Shown piece after piece: positions 18,333 through 26,435 of a stretch of DNA of 56,177 bases (its first letter is position 1; every line of letters begins with the position of its first letter). Location: contig JAZLCX010000131.1 of assembly GCA_045614425.1 (NCBI GenBank), positions 1 to 56,177 of the forward strand. Reading direction: 5' to 3'. Below the pieces are notes generated by a model. It was given only the letters and a program-made list of their open reading frames with translations, did no database searches and was not told the origin of the DNA. A program made the translations under genes and the position numbers. The DNA is from Eubacteriales bacterium (GTDB lineage Bacteria > Bacillota > Clostridia > Oscillospirales > CAG-272).

Positions 18333-18347
18333 GTTAACAGTATTAAC
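18333..18347. promoter_or_regulatory. Second operator copy GTTAACAGTATTAAC
   Basis: 14 of 15 positions match the palindrome at 18215-18229. It abuts the -10 of the TetR gene promoter. Confidence 0.6.
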
Positions 18348-18369
18348 TTGCGTGGAAGGAATCTCACTT

Positions 18370-18921
18370 ATGGAGGAATCGTATATCGAGAGCAGTGTGC
18401 GTACACGGCTTATAATAGCTGGTATCAGCGAGCTTGAAGAGCGCGGAATAAGAGATTTTTCTCTCAGAAGATGCGCAATAAGGGCACAGGTGTCATGTGC
18501 CGCGCCATACCGTCATTTTCGCGACAAAGAGGATTTTCTCTCCGAAATAATAAAATACATAGCTTCAAGGTGGGAGCTTCTTTACCGTGAGATTGAGAAG
18601 GCGTTTTCAAACGACCTACGCCGTAGGATAATCGAGCTTGCCGTCTTGAACCTCAGGTTCTGGATAGCGAATCCGAACTACCGCTCGATCTTTATGTCGC
18701 TCTCCCCGTCGGGAACTAATACGCTTTTGGACTTTGACGGCGCTCTTCTTTCCTTGATAGAGGAATATTGCGTCGGCACGGAGTATGACGCCGAGCTTAA
18801 AAAGTATGCGGTGCGCGCTTTGATTTACGGCTCGCTTACGCTTGCGGAGGGCGGAGACCGTGCAGCAGTAACAGAGCTTTTGCGGAAGAAAATGGAGGAA
18901 GAATTTCCTAAAAGAGATTAA
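18370..18921 (+). CDS. TetR/AcrR-family transcriptional regulator
   Basis: The track ORF is 18319..18921. I prefer the ATG at 18370 (MEESYIESSVRTRLIIAGISELEERGIRDFSLRRCAIRAQVSCAAPYRHFRDKEDFL), which carries the TetR HTH signature. RBS ggaagga lies upstream. Confidence 0.85.
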   Translation: MEESYIESSVRTRLIIAGISELEERGIRDFSLRRCAIRAQVSCAAPYRHFRDKEDFLSEIIKYIASRWELLYREIEKAFSNDLRRRIIELAVLNLRFWIANPNYRSIFMSLSPSGTNTLLDFDGALLSLIEEYCVGTEYDAELKKYAVRALIYGSLTLAEGGDRAAVTELLRKKMEEEFPKRD

Positions 18922-18922
18922 T

Positions 18923-18962
18923 AAAAAAAGGAAGCCGGCGTCAGCCGAGCTTCCTTTTTTTA
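18923..18962. terminator. Bidirectional rho-independent terminator
   Basis: aaaaaaaggaagccggc gtca gccg a gcttccttttttt. It sits between the convergent TetR and permease genes. Confidence 0.85.
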
Positions 18963-20063
18963 TATTACGGAGCAAACAAGAATGAGTATTCCGAGGAATG
19001 CGAAATTGAAAATGGAGAACTTCAGAATATACATTGCCGTGTGTCCCGGGGATTGCTTTGAATATTCTCTGAAGGTTATAAGACTTGCAAGAGATGATAT
19101 CATAGTGCCGACGCCCCCGATGTTTACACCGAGGAGCAGGTGACGGTAGTTGTCGGTAAACTGAGAAAGCAGAATTGCCGACGGAACGTTGCTTATAAAC
19201 TGACAGGAGAGCGCGCTGAAAACCAGCGTGTTTTTTTCGAGAAGCATCGAGAGAAAATCTCGCACCACCCCTATTCTTGCCATATTTCCCGAGAAAATAA
19301 AGAAAAAAACAAAGGTGAAAAGAAGTCCGTAATCGACCTGACATAGCGCAAGTCTGTCGAGAAATAAAAGGGATACGAGAATCACGATAAGACCGACGTA
19401 ATACGGAATTAATCTGAAAACGATAAGAATTGAAAGGGCAAACAGAAGCAGATAGACAAGAGTTCGCATAACAGGAAGGCTTGCCGCGCGCTCCTCTATT
19501 TCGAGCGGCTCGCTTTTTACGAAAACAAGGCAAAAGAAGGTTATAAGCGCCATTGAAACGATAAACGGTATGAGCATTATCGAGACAAATTCGAGGTCGG
19601 GAATGTTGAATTTCGTATATAGGTACAGATTTTGGGGATTGCCAAACGGTGTCAGCATACCGCCGAGATTTGCCGCAATATTCTGCATTATGAAGGTGAA
19701 CGCCATGTATTTCTCCTTACCCGTGGCATGTAAAATGAAATAACCGAGGGGCAGGAAGGTGAGAAGCGCCATATCGTTCGCAATGAGCATCGAGCCGATA
19801 AAGGTTATGTATACGAGCGCAAGAATGCAGATTTTCGCGTTTCTGAATCTGCGGATTATTGCCTTTGCGAGCGTGTAGAAAAAGCGTATATTGCGTAGGG
19901 CAGATACCACGGCAAGAACAGAAAAAAGGCAGGCAAGTGTTTTGAAATCAAAATATCCGATATATTCCTTATCGGGCGGTATTATCACAGAGGTTACTGT
20001 GGCCGCAAGCGCGGCTATAAGCATAACGACGTTCGTTTTGACGAAGCTTTTGAGGCGTTGCAT
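18960..20063 (-). CDS. ArsB/NhaD-superfamily (citrate-transporter-like, YbiR-like) anion permease
   Basis: The track ORF is 18960..20093. I prefer the ATG at 20063 (MQRLKSFV), preceded by ggag with a 6-nt spacer. The protein is polytopic and has the TPFGNPQNL motif. Confidence 0.7.
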   Translation of the reverse strand: MQRLKSFVKTNVVMLIAALAATVTSVIIPPDKEYIGYFDFKTLACLFSVLAVVSALRNIRFFYTLAKAIIRRFRNAKICILALVYITFIGSMLIANDMALLTFLPLGYFILHATGKEKYMAFTFIMQNIAANLGGMLTPFGNPQNLYLYTKFNIPDLEFVSIMLIPFIVSMALITFFCLVFVKSEPLEIEERAASLPVMRTLVYLLLFALSILIVFRLIPYYVGLIVILVSLLFLDRLALCQVDYGLLFTFVFFFIFSGNMARIGVVRDFLSMLLEKNTLVFSALSCQFISNVPSAILLSQFTDNYRHLLLGVNIGGVGTMISSLASLITFREYSKQSPGHTAMYILKFSIFNFAFLGILILVCSVI

Positions 20064-20129
20064 ATATTCTCCGAGTATTATAAGAGTTGTCATAAGAGAA
20101 GAGCCAACGGGAGTTGACTCTTCGATAAT

Positions 20130-21563
20130 TTATTTTTTCCAGGTCGCAGGCGTGAAAAGTATAAGCATTGGGAAAAGCTCAAGCCTTCCCGCAAGCATAT
20201 CAAATGTAAGGGTAAGCTTTGAGAGTATCGAAAGATGGGCGAAATTTGACATGGGGCCGACCGTAGAAAGACCCGGACCGATATTGTTTATAGCGGTTGT
20301 AACCGCTGTGAAATTCGTGACAAGGTCATACTCGTCAAATGAAAGTATAATGACCGATGTAGCGAAAACTATGAAAAAGCAAATGATATACGCATTTATC
20401 GAGCGAACGACCTCGTGCTCAACGGGACGCTTGTCAAGCGTGATTTTTTTGACCTGCCTCGGATGAACGAGCGCCTTAAGCTCCCTTGCCATACCCTTAA
20501 TCAGAATGAGTATTCTCGAAACCTTAATACCGCCGCCCGTGCTGCCCGCGCACGCTCCGATAAACATAAGAAGCACTAGTACAGTCTGCGAAAGATTGCG
20601 CCACTGTGCAAAATCGGCAGATGCAAAGCCTGTAGTTGAAATTATCGAGGAAACGTTGAACGCTGAGTGCTTTATAGCTTCGCCGAGAGTTTCAAAGCTT
20701 GAAAGGTTGTCAACCGTTATTATAGCTATCGCAACGGCTACGATTAGCACAAAAACCTTGATTTCGGAATTTAATGCTTCCCTGAATTTGCCACGCAGAG
20801 CAAGGAAATACGCTCCGAAATTTATCGAAAACAGCAGCATAAATACCGTAGTCACTATTTGAACGTAGGAAGAATAGGATACGAACCCGTCGTTTCTTAT
20901 GCCAAATCCGCCGGTTCCCGCAGTAGCGAAGGAAATGCATACCGAGTCAAAAACAGGTGTGCCGTCAATGAGGAGAAGAATAAACTGCAAAAGTGTCATC
21001 ACAAAGTAGATAACGTAGAGAATAAAAGCTGTAGTTCTTACACGGGGTACCAGCTTTGAAACCGAGGGGCCCGGGCTCTCCGCCTTCATTATGTTGATGT
21101 TGTGAGCACCGCCGAGGGGAAGAAACGCCATAACGAAGACGAGAACTCCCATGCCGCCGATCCAGTTTGTGAAGCAACGCCAGATGTTTACACAGCGCGG
21201 AAGGTCACCCGGCAAAAGAAAAATTGACGAGCCGGTTGTCGTAAAGCCGGAAACCGTTTCAAAAAGTGCGTCAACAAAGGATTCCGTAAGTCCCGAGAAC
21301 ATAAACGGGAGTGCTCCGAAAAGGCTTAAGAATATCCAAGAGAGAGCAACCAGAACGTATCCGTCACGTGAGTAAAGCTTTTGATTCTCGGGCTTTTTGA
21401 AAACGCAAAGCACACCTATCGCCGCCGCAATCAACAGCGACCAGAGGAAAGATAACGCCGCACCCTCCCGGAAGTAGATGCCGACGGCTATCGGCAAAAG
21501 AAAGAATGCCGCCTCAAAAATGAGAAGCCACCCGACAGTGTATTTTATCATTTTGTAATTCAT
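20130..21563 (-). CDS. trkH: TrkH/KtrB-family K+ uptake membrane subunit
   Basis: 477 aa, polytopic, with repeated pore-loop motifs TTTGSS, ATAGTGGFG, ISTTGFA and AGSTGGGIK. Confidence 0.9.
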   Translation of the reverse strand: MNYKMIKYTVGWLLIFEAAFFLLPIAVGIYFREGAALSFLWSLLIAAAIGVLCVFKKPENQKLYSRDGYVLVALSWIFLSLFGALPFMFSGLTESFVDALFETVSGFTTTGSSIFLLPGDLPRCVNIWRCFTNWIGGMGVLVFVMAFLPLGGAHNINIMKAESPGPSVSKLVPRVRTTAFILYVIYFVMTLLQFILLLIDGTPVFDSVCISFATAGTGGFGIRNDGFVSYSSYVQIVTTVFMLLFSINFGAYFLALRGKFREALNSEIKVFVLIVAVAIAIITVDNLSSFETLGEAIKHSAFNVSSIISTTGFASADFAQWRNLSQTVLVLLMFIGACAGSTGGGIKVSRILILIKGMARELKALVHPRQVKKITLDKRPVEHEVVRSINAYIICFFIVFATSVIILSFDEYDLVTNFTAVTTAINNIGPGLSTVGPMSNFAHLSILSKLTLTFDMLAGRLELFPMLILFTPATWKK

Positions 21564-21572
21564 AATCTAATA

Positions 21573-22934
21573 TCACCTTAAAATGTCCGAAATGTTATTA
21601 AGGCCGAGATGCTTTGTAACGACGACGACGCTGTCACCGGGCAAAATAACGTCCTGACCGTGCGGTATTATTACGGATTTTCCGCGCAAGATTGCAGAGA
21701 TAAGAACGTCATCCTTTAGCTTTTTCGCAAGCTCTGCGATGGGAGTATTTATGACAGGCGTCCGTTCGCCGACCAAAAATTCGGTAGCCTCAACCTCGCC
21801 CTTTATGAGCGTGTACATGTTTTCCATATTGCTGCCGACAGCCTTTTTCATCGACCTTACGAAGCGGACGATTATGTCGGAGGTGATGAGCTTTGGATGT
21901 ATTACACTGTCAAGCTCGAGCTTTTCAATTATCTCGTCGTACTCGGAGTTGTCGATTTTTGTTATAGTCTTCTTTACCGAGGATTTTTGCGCTGCGAGCG
22001 AGAGCATAATATTTTCTTCGTCGGTGTCGGTGATGGTAACCATTGCATCGGCATTTTCGATGCCTTCCTCAAGAAGCAGGGCTCTGTCGGTTTCGTCACC
22101 GTGAATAACCGTTATTTCATCGTGCCTCTTGGCAAAGCTTTCGCAGGCATCTGCGTCATTGTCGATAACCTTCACGGAAATCGGCTGCTTTTTCAAAATA
22201 TCACAGAGGTAATGGGTAATATCGTTTGCACCGAGAATAATAGCATTTTTGATGGAATGAAGCTCGCATCCGGTTTTTTTGAAGAAAGCCGAAGCGTTCT
22301 TCGGTGTGGCGATGATCGATATAACATCGCGCTCAAGGAATATGAAGTTTCCGTTTATGATATGAGCCTCGCCGTCTCTTTCCGCAGTGCAGAAGAGTAT
22401 ATCGCACTTGTGTGTTGCCGTAATGCTTTTAACCGACGAGCCGATGAGAGAAGAATTTTCGGAAATTCTGAACTTCAAAAGCTCGACTCTGCCGCTTGAA
22501 AAGCTTTCAATCTGAGTTGCGGCGGGGAAACGCAGAATTCTGGCAATTTCCTCGGCTGCGGCATAGTCGGGGTTTATGACCATGGCAAGCTCAAGCTCGT
22601 TTTTCAAATATTCGCTTTCGGCATTGTATACCGGATTTTGAACTCTTGCGATAACCTTGCAGCGTCTGTGGCGCTTAGCTATCATACAGCAGAGAATGTT
22701 CAATTCGTCCGAGCCCGTAACGGCAATCAGAAGGTCCGCCTTATCAATTCCCGCCTCCTTGAGCGTAGTAAAGGTCGCTCCGTTGCCGACGATACCAAGC
22801 ACGTCGAGCTTCGCAGTAAGGTCGTTAACCTTCTTTGCCGAGAGGTCAACGACGGATATATTGTTTGCATCCTGTACAAGCTCTGCCGCGAGGGCAGTGC
22901 CTATTTCACCGCATCCAACTATGATTATGTTCAT
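21573..22934 (-). CDS. trkA: TrkA K+ uptake regulatory subunit (tandem RCK domains)
   Basis: The track ORF extends to 23066. I prefer the ATG at 22934 (MNIIIVGCGEIGTALA), preceded by aggtgg. A second Rossmann motif, AIILGANDITHYL, is also present. Confidence 0.9.
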   Translation of the reverse strand: MNIIIVGCGEIGTALAAELVQDANNISVVDLSAKKVNDLTAKLDVLGIVGNGATFTTLKEAGIDKADLLIAVTGSDELNILCCMIAKRHRRCKVIARVQNPVYNAESEYLKNELELAMVINPDYAAAEEIARILRFPAATQIESFSSGRVELLKFRISENSSLIGSSVKSITATHKCDILFCTAERDGEAHIINGNFIFLERDVISIIATPKNASAFFKKTGCELHSIKNAIILGANDITHYLCDILKKQPISVKVIDNDADACESFAKRHDEITVIHGDETDRALLLEEGIENADAMVTITDTDEENIMLSLAAQKSSVKKTITKIDNSEYDEIIEKLELDSVIHPKLITSDIIVRFVRSMKKAVGSNMENMYTLIKGEVEATEFLVGERTPVINTPIAELAKKLKDDVLISAILRGKSVIIPHGQDVILPGDSVVVVTKHLGLNNISDILR

Positions 22935-23172
22935 ACAGTCCACCTGAATAAAAATATATATAATTATATACCCCTTTTTTAAAAAAGTCAATATCCCCCA
23001 AAAAAGCAAATTTAAGCGCCCCGCCGCTCTCGGTGTACAAAAATAACGGAAAATGTAAAAAAACAAACAATTTCAGCAGAAAATACCGTCACGGAATAGA
23101 AGAAAAAAGCGTTTTTTCGCGTATGCGCGTTTTGTTCACAAAAAATTAACACTTTTCTTTTTTGATACACTA

Positions 23173-23201
23173 TTGAAAAATTGACTAATTTGGTATAGAA
23201 T
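23173..23201 (+). promoter_or_regulatory. Putative promoter for nifS-nifU-mnmA (TTGAAA-17-TAGAAT)
   Basis: Hexamers at 23173-23178 and 23196-23201, about 60 nt upstream of the nifS ATG. Confidence 0.4.
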
Positions 23202-23263
23202 ATATGAGAAATAAAATTTGTCGAAATATTCGGCACTTTTTCAAATGAAGGATAATAGAAAAA

Positions 23264-24451
23264 ATGGCAAGATTTGTATATGCGGATAACGCGGCAACAA
23301 CATCGGTCAGCCAAGAGGTGCTCGAGGCCATGATGCCCTGCTTTACGGACGTGTACGGAAACCCGTCAAGCGTTCACGAGAAGGGTAGAGAGGCAAAGGA
23401 ACTTCTTGATGCCGCACGGGAGAAGATAGCTAAGGCGTTCAACTGTCTTTCCTCTGAAATATATTTTACCGCCTCGGGAAGCGAAGCTGACAACTGGGCG
23501 ATAAAGGGCGCAGCATATAAGATGCGCGAAAAGGGAAGAACGCATATCGTTACGAGTAAAATCGAGCATCATGCGGTTCTCAACACCTGCGAGGCTCTTG
23601 CGCGTGACGGATTTACCGTAACCTACGTAAACGTTGATGAAAACGGAGTTGTCGACCTTGATGAAATCAGGGCGGCGGTTACCGAAAAAACCGCACTTGT
23701 TGCAATAATGTTTGCCAACAACGAGGTCGGAACTATCGAGCCTATTGCCGAGATAACCGATATAGCTCACGCGGCAGGAGCATTGATGTTTACCGACGCG
23801 GTACAGGCTGTCGGAAACCTTGAAATCGACCTGTCTCTCTTAAAAGTGGATATGCTTTCGCTTTCGGGACATAAGCTGCATGCTCCCAAGGGAATCGGAG
23901 CTCTGTACGTACGCCGCGGTACCAATATAATAAACCTCATAGACGGCGGCGGACAGGAGAGAGGCAAAAGAGCGGGAACCGAAAACCTTCCCTATATCGT
24001 AGGACTTGCACGTGCTTTGGAAATTGCAAACGAAAAACTTAAGGATATGCCGCGCGTTGCGAAAATGCGTGACAGACTTATCGAAGCCCTCACAAAGATC
24101 CCTTATTCCAAGCTTAACGGACACAGAACCGAAAGACTTGCCGGCAACGTTAACGTAAGCTTTGAATTTATCGAGGGTGAGAGCTTGCTTTTGTGGCTTG
24201 ATATATCGGGAATCTGCGCGTCGACGGGCTCTGCCTGCTCCTCGGCTTCTCTCGAAGCCTCTCACGTGCTTCTCTCGATGGGAGTGCCGCACGAGAAGGC
24301 ACACGGCTCGCTCCGGCTTTCCATCTCTCACGAGACAACGGACGAGGATATCGATTATATAATTGCAACCGTTCCCGGTATAGTTGAAAAATTGCGTAAT
24401 ATGAGCCCTCTTTGGGAGGACGTAGTAAAAGAAAATAACGGAGTAAAGTAA
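23264..24451 (+). CDS. nifS: Cysteine desulfurase, NifS/IscS type (PLP-dependent)
   Basis: 395 aa with YADNAATT, the SGHKLHAPKG PLP-lysine motif, and the active-site loop STGSACSS. Confidence 0.95.
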   Translation: MARFVYADNAATTSVSQEVLEAMMPCFTDVYGNPSSVHEKGREAKELLDAAREKIAKAFNCLSSEIYFTASGSEADNWAIKGAAYKMREKGRTHIVTSKIEHHAVLNTCEALARDGFTVTYVNVDENGVVDLDEIRAAVTEKTALVAIMFANNEVGTIEPIAEITDIAHAAGALMFTDAVQAVGNLEIDLSLLKVDMLSLSGHKLHAPKGIGALYVRRGTNIINLIDGGGQERGKRAGTENLPYIVGLARALEIANEKLKDMPRVAKMRDRLIEALTKIPYSKLNGHRTERLAGNVNVSFEFIEGESLLLWLDISGICASTGSACSSASLEASHVLLSMGVPHEKAHGSLRLSISHETTDEDIDYIIATVPGIVEKLRNMSPLWEDVVKENNGVK

Positions 24452-24452
24452 A

Positions 24453-24863
24453 ATGAAATACAGCGAAAAGGTAATGGACCACTTCACAAATCCCAGAAAT
24501 GTGGGCGAAATAGAGAATGCCGACGGCGTGGGAACCGTTGGAAACGCAAAATGCGGAGATATAATGAAAATGTACCTCAAAATTGAGGATGACGTGATAA
24601 CCGACTGCAAATTCAAGACATTCGGATGCGGAGCGGCTATAGCAACCTCTTCAATGGCGACCGAGCTTATAAAGGGAAAGAGTGTCGAGGATGCGTTAAA
24701 GCTTACAAATAAGGCGGTTGTAGAGGCTCTCGAGGGACTTCCGCCCGTAAAGGTGCACTGTTCCGTGCTTGCGGAGGAGGCTGTCAAAACTGCCGTTGCA
24801 AATTACTATGAAAAAATCGGTAAGCCGGTGGATTTTGAGATAGAGAAGAGCCACGAGGAATAA
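24453..24863 (+). CDS. nifU: Fe-S cluster assembly scaffold, NifU/IscU type
   Basis: 136 aa with GNAKCGD, FKTFGCGAAIA and VHCSVLAEEA motifs (three conserved Cys). Confidence 0.95.
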   Translation: MKYSEKVMDHFTNPRNVGEIENADGVGTVGNAKCGDIMKMYLKIEDDVITDCKFKTFGCGAAIATSSMATELIKGKSVEDALKLTNKAVVEALEGLPPVKVHCSVLAEEAVKTAVANYYEKIGKPVDFEIEKSHEE

Positions 24864-24921
24864 TTCTCAACTAATTGCGGGGGCGATTTAGCTCCCGTAA
24901 TCTGAATTTTGGGGGATTTAT

Positions 24922-25953
24922 ATGAAGATACTACTTGGAATGAGCGGCGGAGTTGACAGCGCATACGCGGCATGCCGTCTCAGAGAAGACGGCCATGACG
25001 TTGAGGGCGCAGTTCTTGTCATGCATTCTCACACCGACATTCGTGCTGCCGAGGAGGCGGCTGACGGCATCGGAATTCCTTTGCACAAAATAGACTGCTC
25101 CGAGCTTTTTGAAAGCAAAGTAGTTGAGAATTTCATATCGGAATATCTTGCGGGACGTACTCCTAATCCTTGTATAGTCTGCAATGCCGAGGTTAAAATG
25201 CGAGTCCTTTACGACTACGCAATTTCACATGGGTTCGATGCTATCGCGACGGGGCACTATGCTCGCATAGCAGAAAGAGCCGGAGAATACGGCATAAAGC
25301 ATACCGTGTCAAGAGCGAAGGACCGAAGAAAAGACCAAAGCTATATGCTTTACAGACTTTCTGAAGATATACTTTCCCATCTCCTGTTGCCTCTTTCCGA
25401 TAAAGAGAAGATTGATATAAAGAATGAAGCGTCAAACCTCGGAATAACGGCTGCCGATAGGGGTGAAAGCCAGGAAATATGCTTTATTCCGGACAATGAC
25501 CACGCGGCGTTTATAGAAGCGCGTACAGCGCCGTCTCCCCACGGTCATTATATAAATATGGAAGGAAAAATACTCGGTGAGCACAGCGGTATCATAAGAT
25601 ATACGGTCGGTCAGCGCAAGGGACTGGGTATCGCTATGGGAAAGCGGGTTTTCGTTACTGAAATCAACGCCGAAAACAATACTGTGACTCTTTCCGAGGA
25701 GGATAAGGTCGGGGATAGATTCTCAATTCGTGACATGGTATTTCCCGGAATTTCCGAACCGAAAATAAACGAGAAGCTGTCGCTTCAAGTCAAGGTAAGA
25801 TACCTTGCACCGCCGGTTTCCTGTACTGTTGAATATCTCGGCGGGGGAAGAGCAGAGGTCAAACTGGACCTTCCGCAGCGAGCTATAACACCGGGGCAAT
25901 CGGCTGTTTTTTATGAGAATGATGACGTTCTGGCGGGCGGTTTTATTGTTTAA
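24922..25953 (+). CDS. mnmA: tRNA-specific 2-thiouridylase (tRNA 2-thiouridine(34) synthase)
   Basis: 343 aa with the PP-loop GMSGGVDS, NPCIVCN, ATGHYAR and KDQSYML. Confidence 0.95.
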   Translation: MKILLGMSGGVDSAYAACRLREDGHDVEGAVLVMHSHTDIRAAEEAADGIGIPLHKIDCSELFESKVVENFISEYLAGRTPNPCIVCNAEVKMRVLYDYAISHGFDAIATGHYARIAERAGEYGIKHTVSRAKDRRKDQSYMLYRLSEDILSHLLLPLSDKEKIDIKNEASNLGITAADRGESQEICFIPDNDHAAFIEARTAPSPHGHYINMEGKILGEHSGIIRYTVGQRKGLGIAMGKRVFVTEINAENNTVTLSEEDKVGDRFSIRDMVFPGISEPKINEKLSLQVKVRYLAPPVSCTVEYLGGGRAEVKLDLPQRAITPGQSAVFYENDDVLAGGFIV

Positions 25954-26234
25954 ATTACCTATATAATATATTAAAGGCGGATGATAAGAGCCGAATTTTG
26001 TCGGTTTTATTGTCCGCTTTTGCTTGTTATTGACGTAGAAAAAAGCTTGAAATATTTGTGCAATATTGACAAAACGGGCATTCGCTGGCAAATATCCCCA
26101 ATATACAAAAACAATGGCAAAATAGTAAATTTAACTTACAAAATACCGAAAACAGATAAAAATATGCCGAATTTCAAGGATAAAAAGCAAATATAATTTA
26201 CAATTGCCTTATTTTTCCGTTTTAACGTTTTTTT

Positions 26235-26256
26235 AATGTAAAGAAGTGTTTACATT
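26235..26256. promoter_or_regulatory. Inverted repeat AATGTAAA-N6-TTTACATT upstream of the large operon
   Basis: Perfect 8-bp arms at 26235-26242 and 26249-26256. The same TTTACA core recurs as the direct repeat ATTTACAC at 26317-26324 and 26336-26343, flanking the -35. Confidence 0.4.
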
Positions 26257-26326
26257 TTGCGACTTGCGGGTTTTTGCAGCAGTCTGAAATCAGCCTTTGC
26301 CTGCCGTTCGGCACACATTTACACTC

Positions 26327-26355
26327 TTGACAATTATTTACACGTATGTTATAAT
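26327..26355 (+). promoter_or_regulatory. Full-consensus sigma-A promoter TTGACA-17-TGtTATAAT
   Basis: ttgaca at 26327-26332, a 17-nt spacer ending in TGt, and tataat at 26350-26355. It is 80 nt upstream of the ATG at 26436. Confidence 0.75.
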
Positions 26356-26435
26356 TTATTCCGTACTAATGCCCGAGCTATGTCGTTTTTGCGGTGTGGC
26401 GGAGGTTAAAATGAATTTTTGGAGGAAACCAATTC

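Noticed and set aside
18616-19533. 305-aa minus-strand ORF spanning the TetR 3' end, the terminator and part of the permease gene.
   Set aside because: It runs through a strong bidirectional terminator and overlaps two well-supported genes in alternative frames. Its Arg/Ser-rich composition is typical of an off-frame translation.
22935-23066. N-terminal extensions in the ORF track: trkA to 23066, mglB to 44938, mglC to 42269, malQ to 11114, pheA to 18206, the LysM protein to 5933, metG from 1946, TetR from 18319, and the 327-aa protein from 46451.
   Set aside because: In each case an internal start is preceded by a GGAGG-like RBS and coincides with the expected family N-terminus (Rossmann motif, lipoprotein signal and so on). 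The extensions overlap upstream genes or promoters.
23840-24787. 315-aa ORF antisense to nifS/nifU.
   Set aside because: It is antisense to two highly conserved Fe-S assembly genes and has no independent signals.
25981-26196. 71-aa ORF in the AT-rich ~370-bp spacer between mnmA and the large operon.
   Set aside because: It has no RBS and AT-rich, Lys/Ile/Asn-biased content typical of non-coding DNA. I treat it as intergenic. The spacer itself is unexplained, but I saw no RNA-gene-like structure in it.
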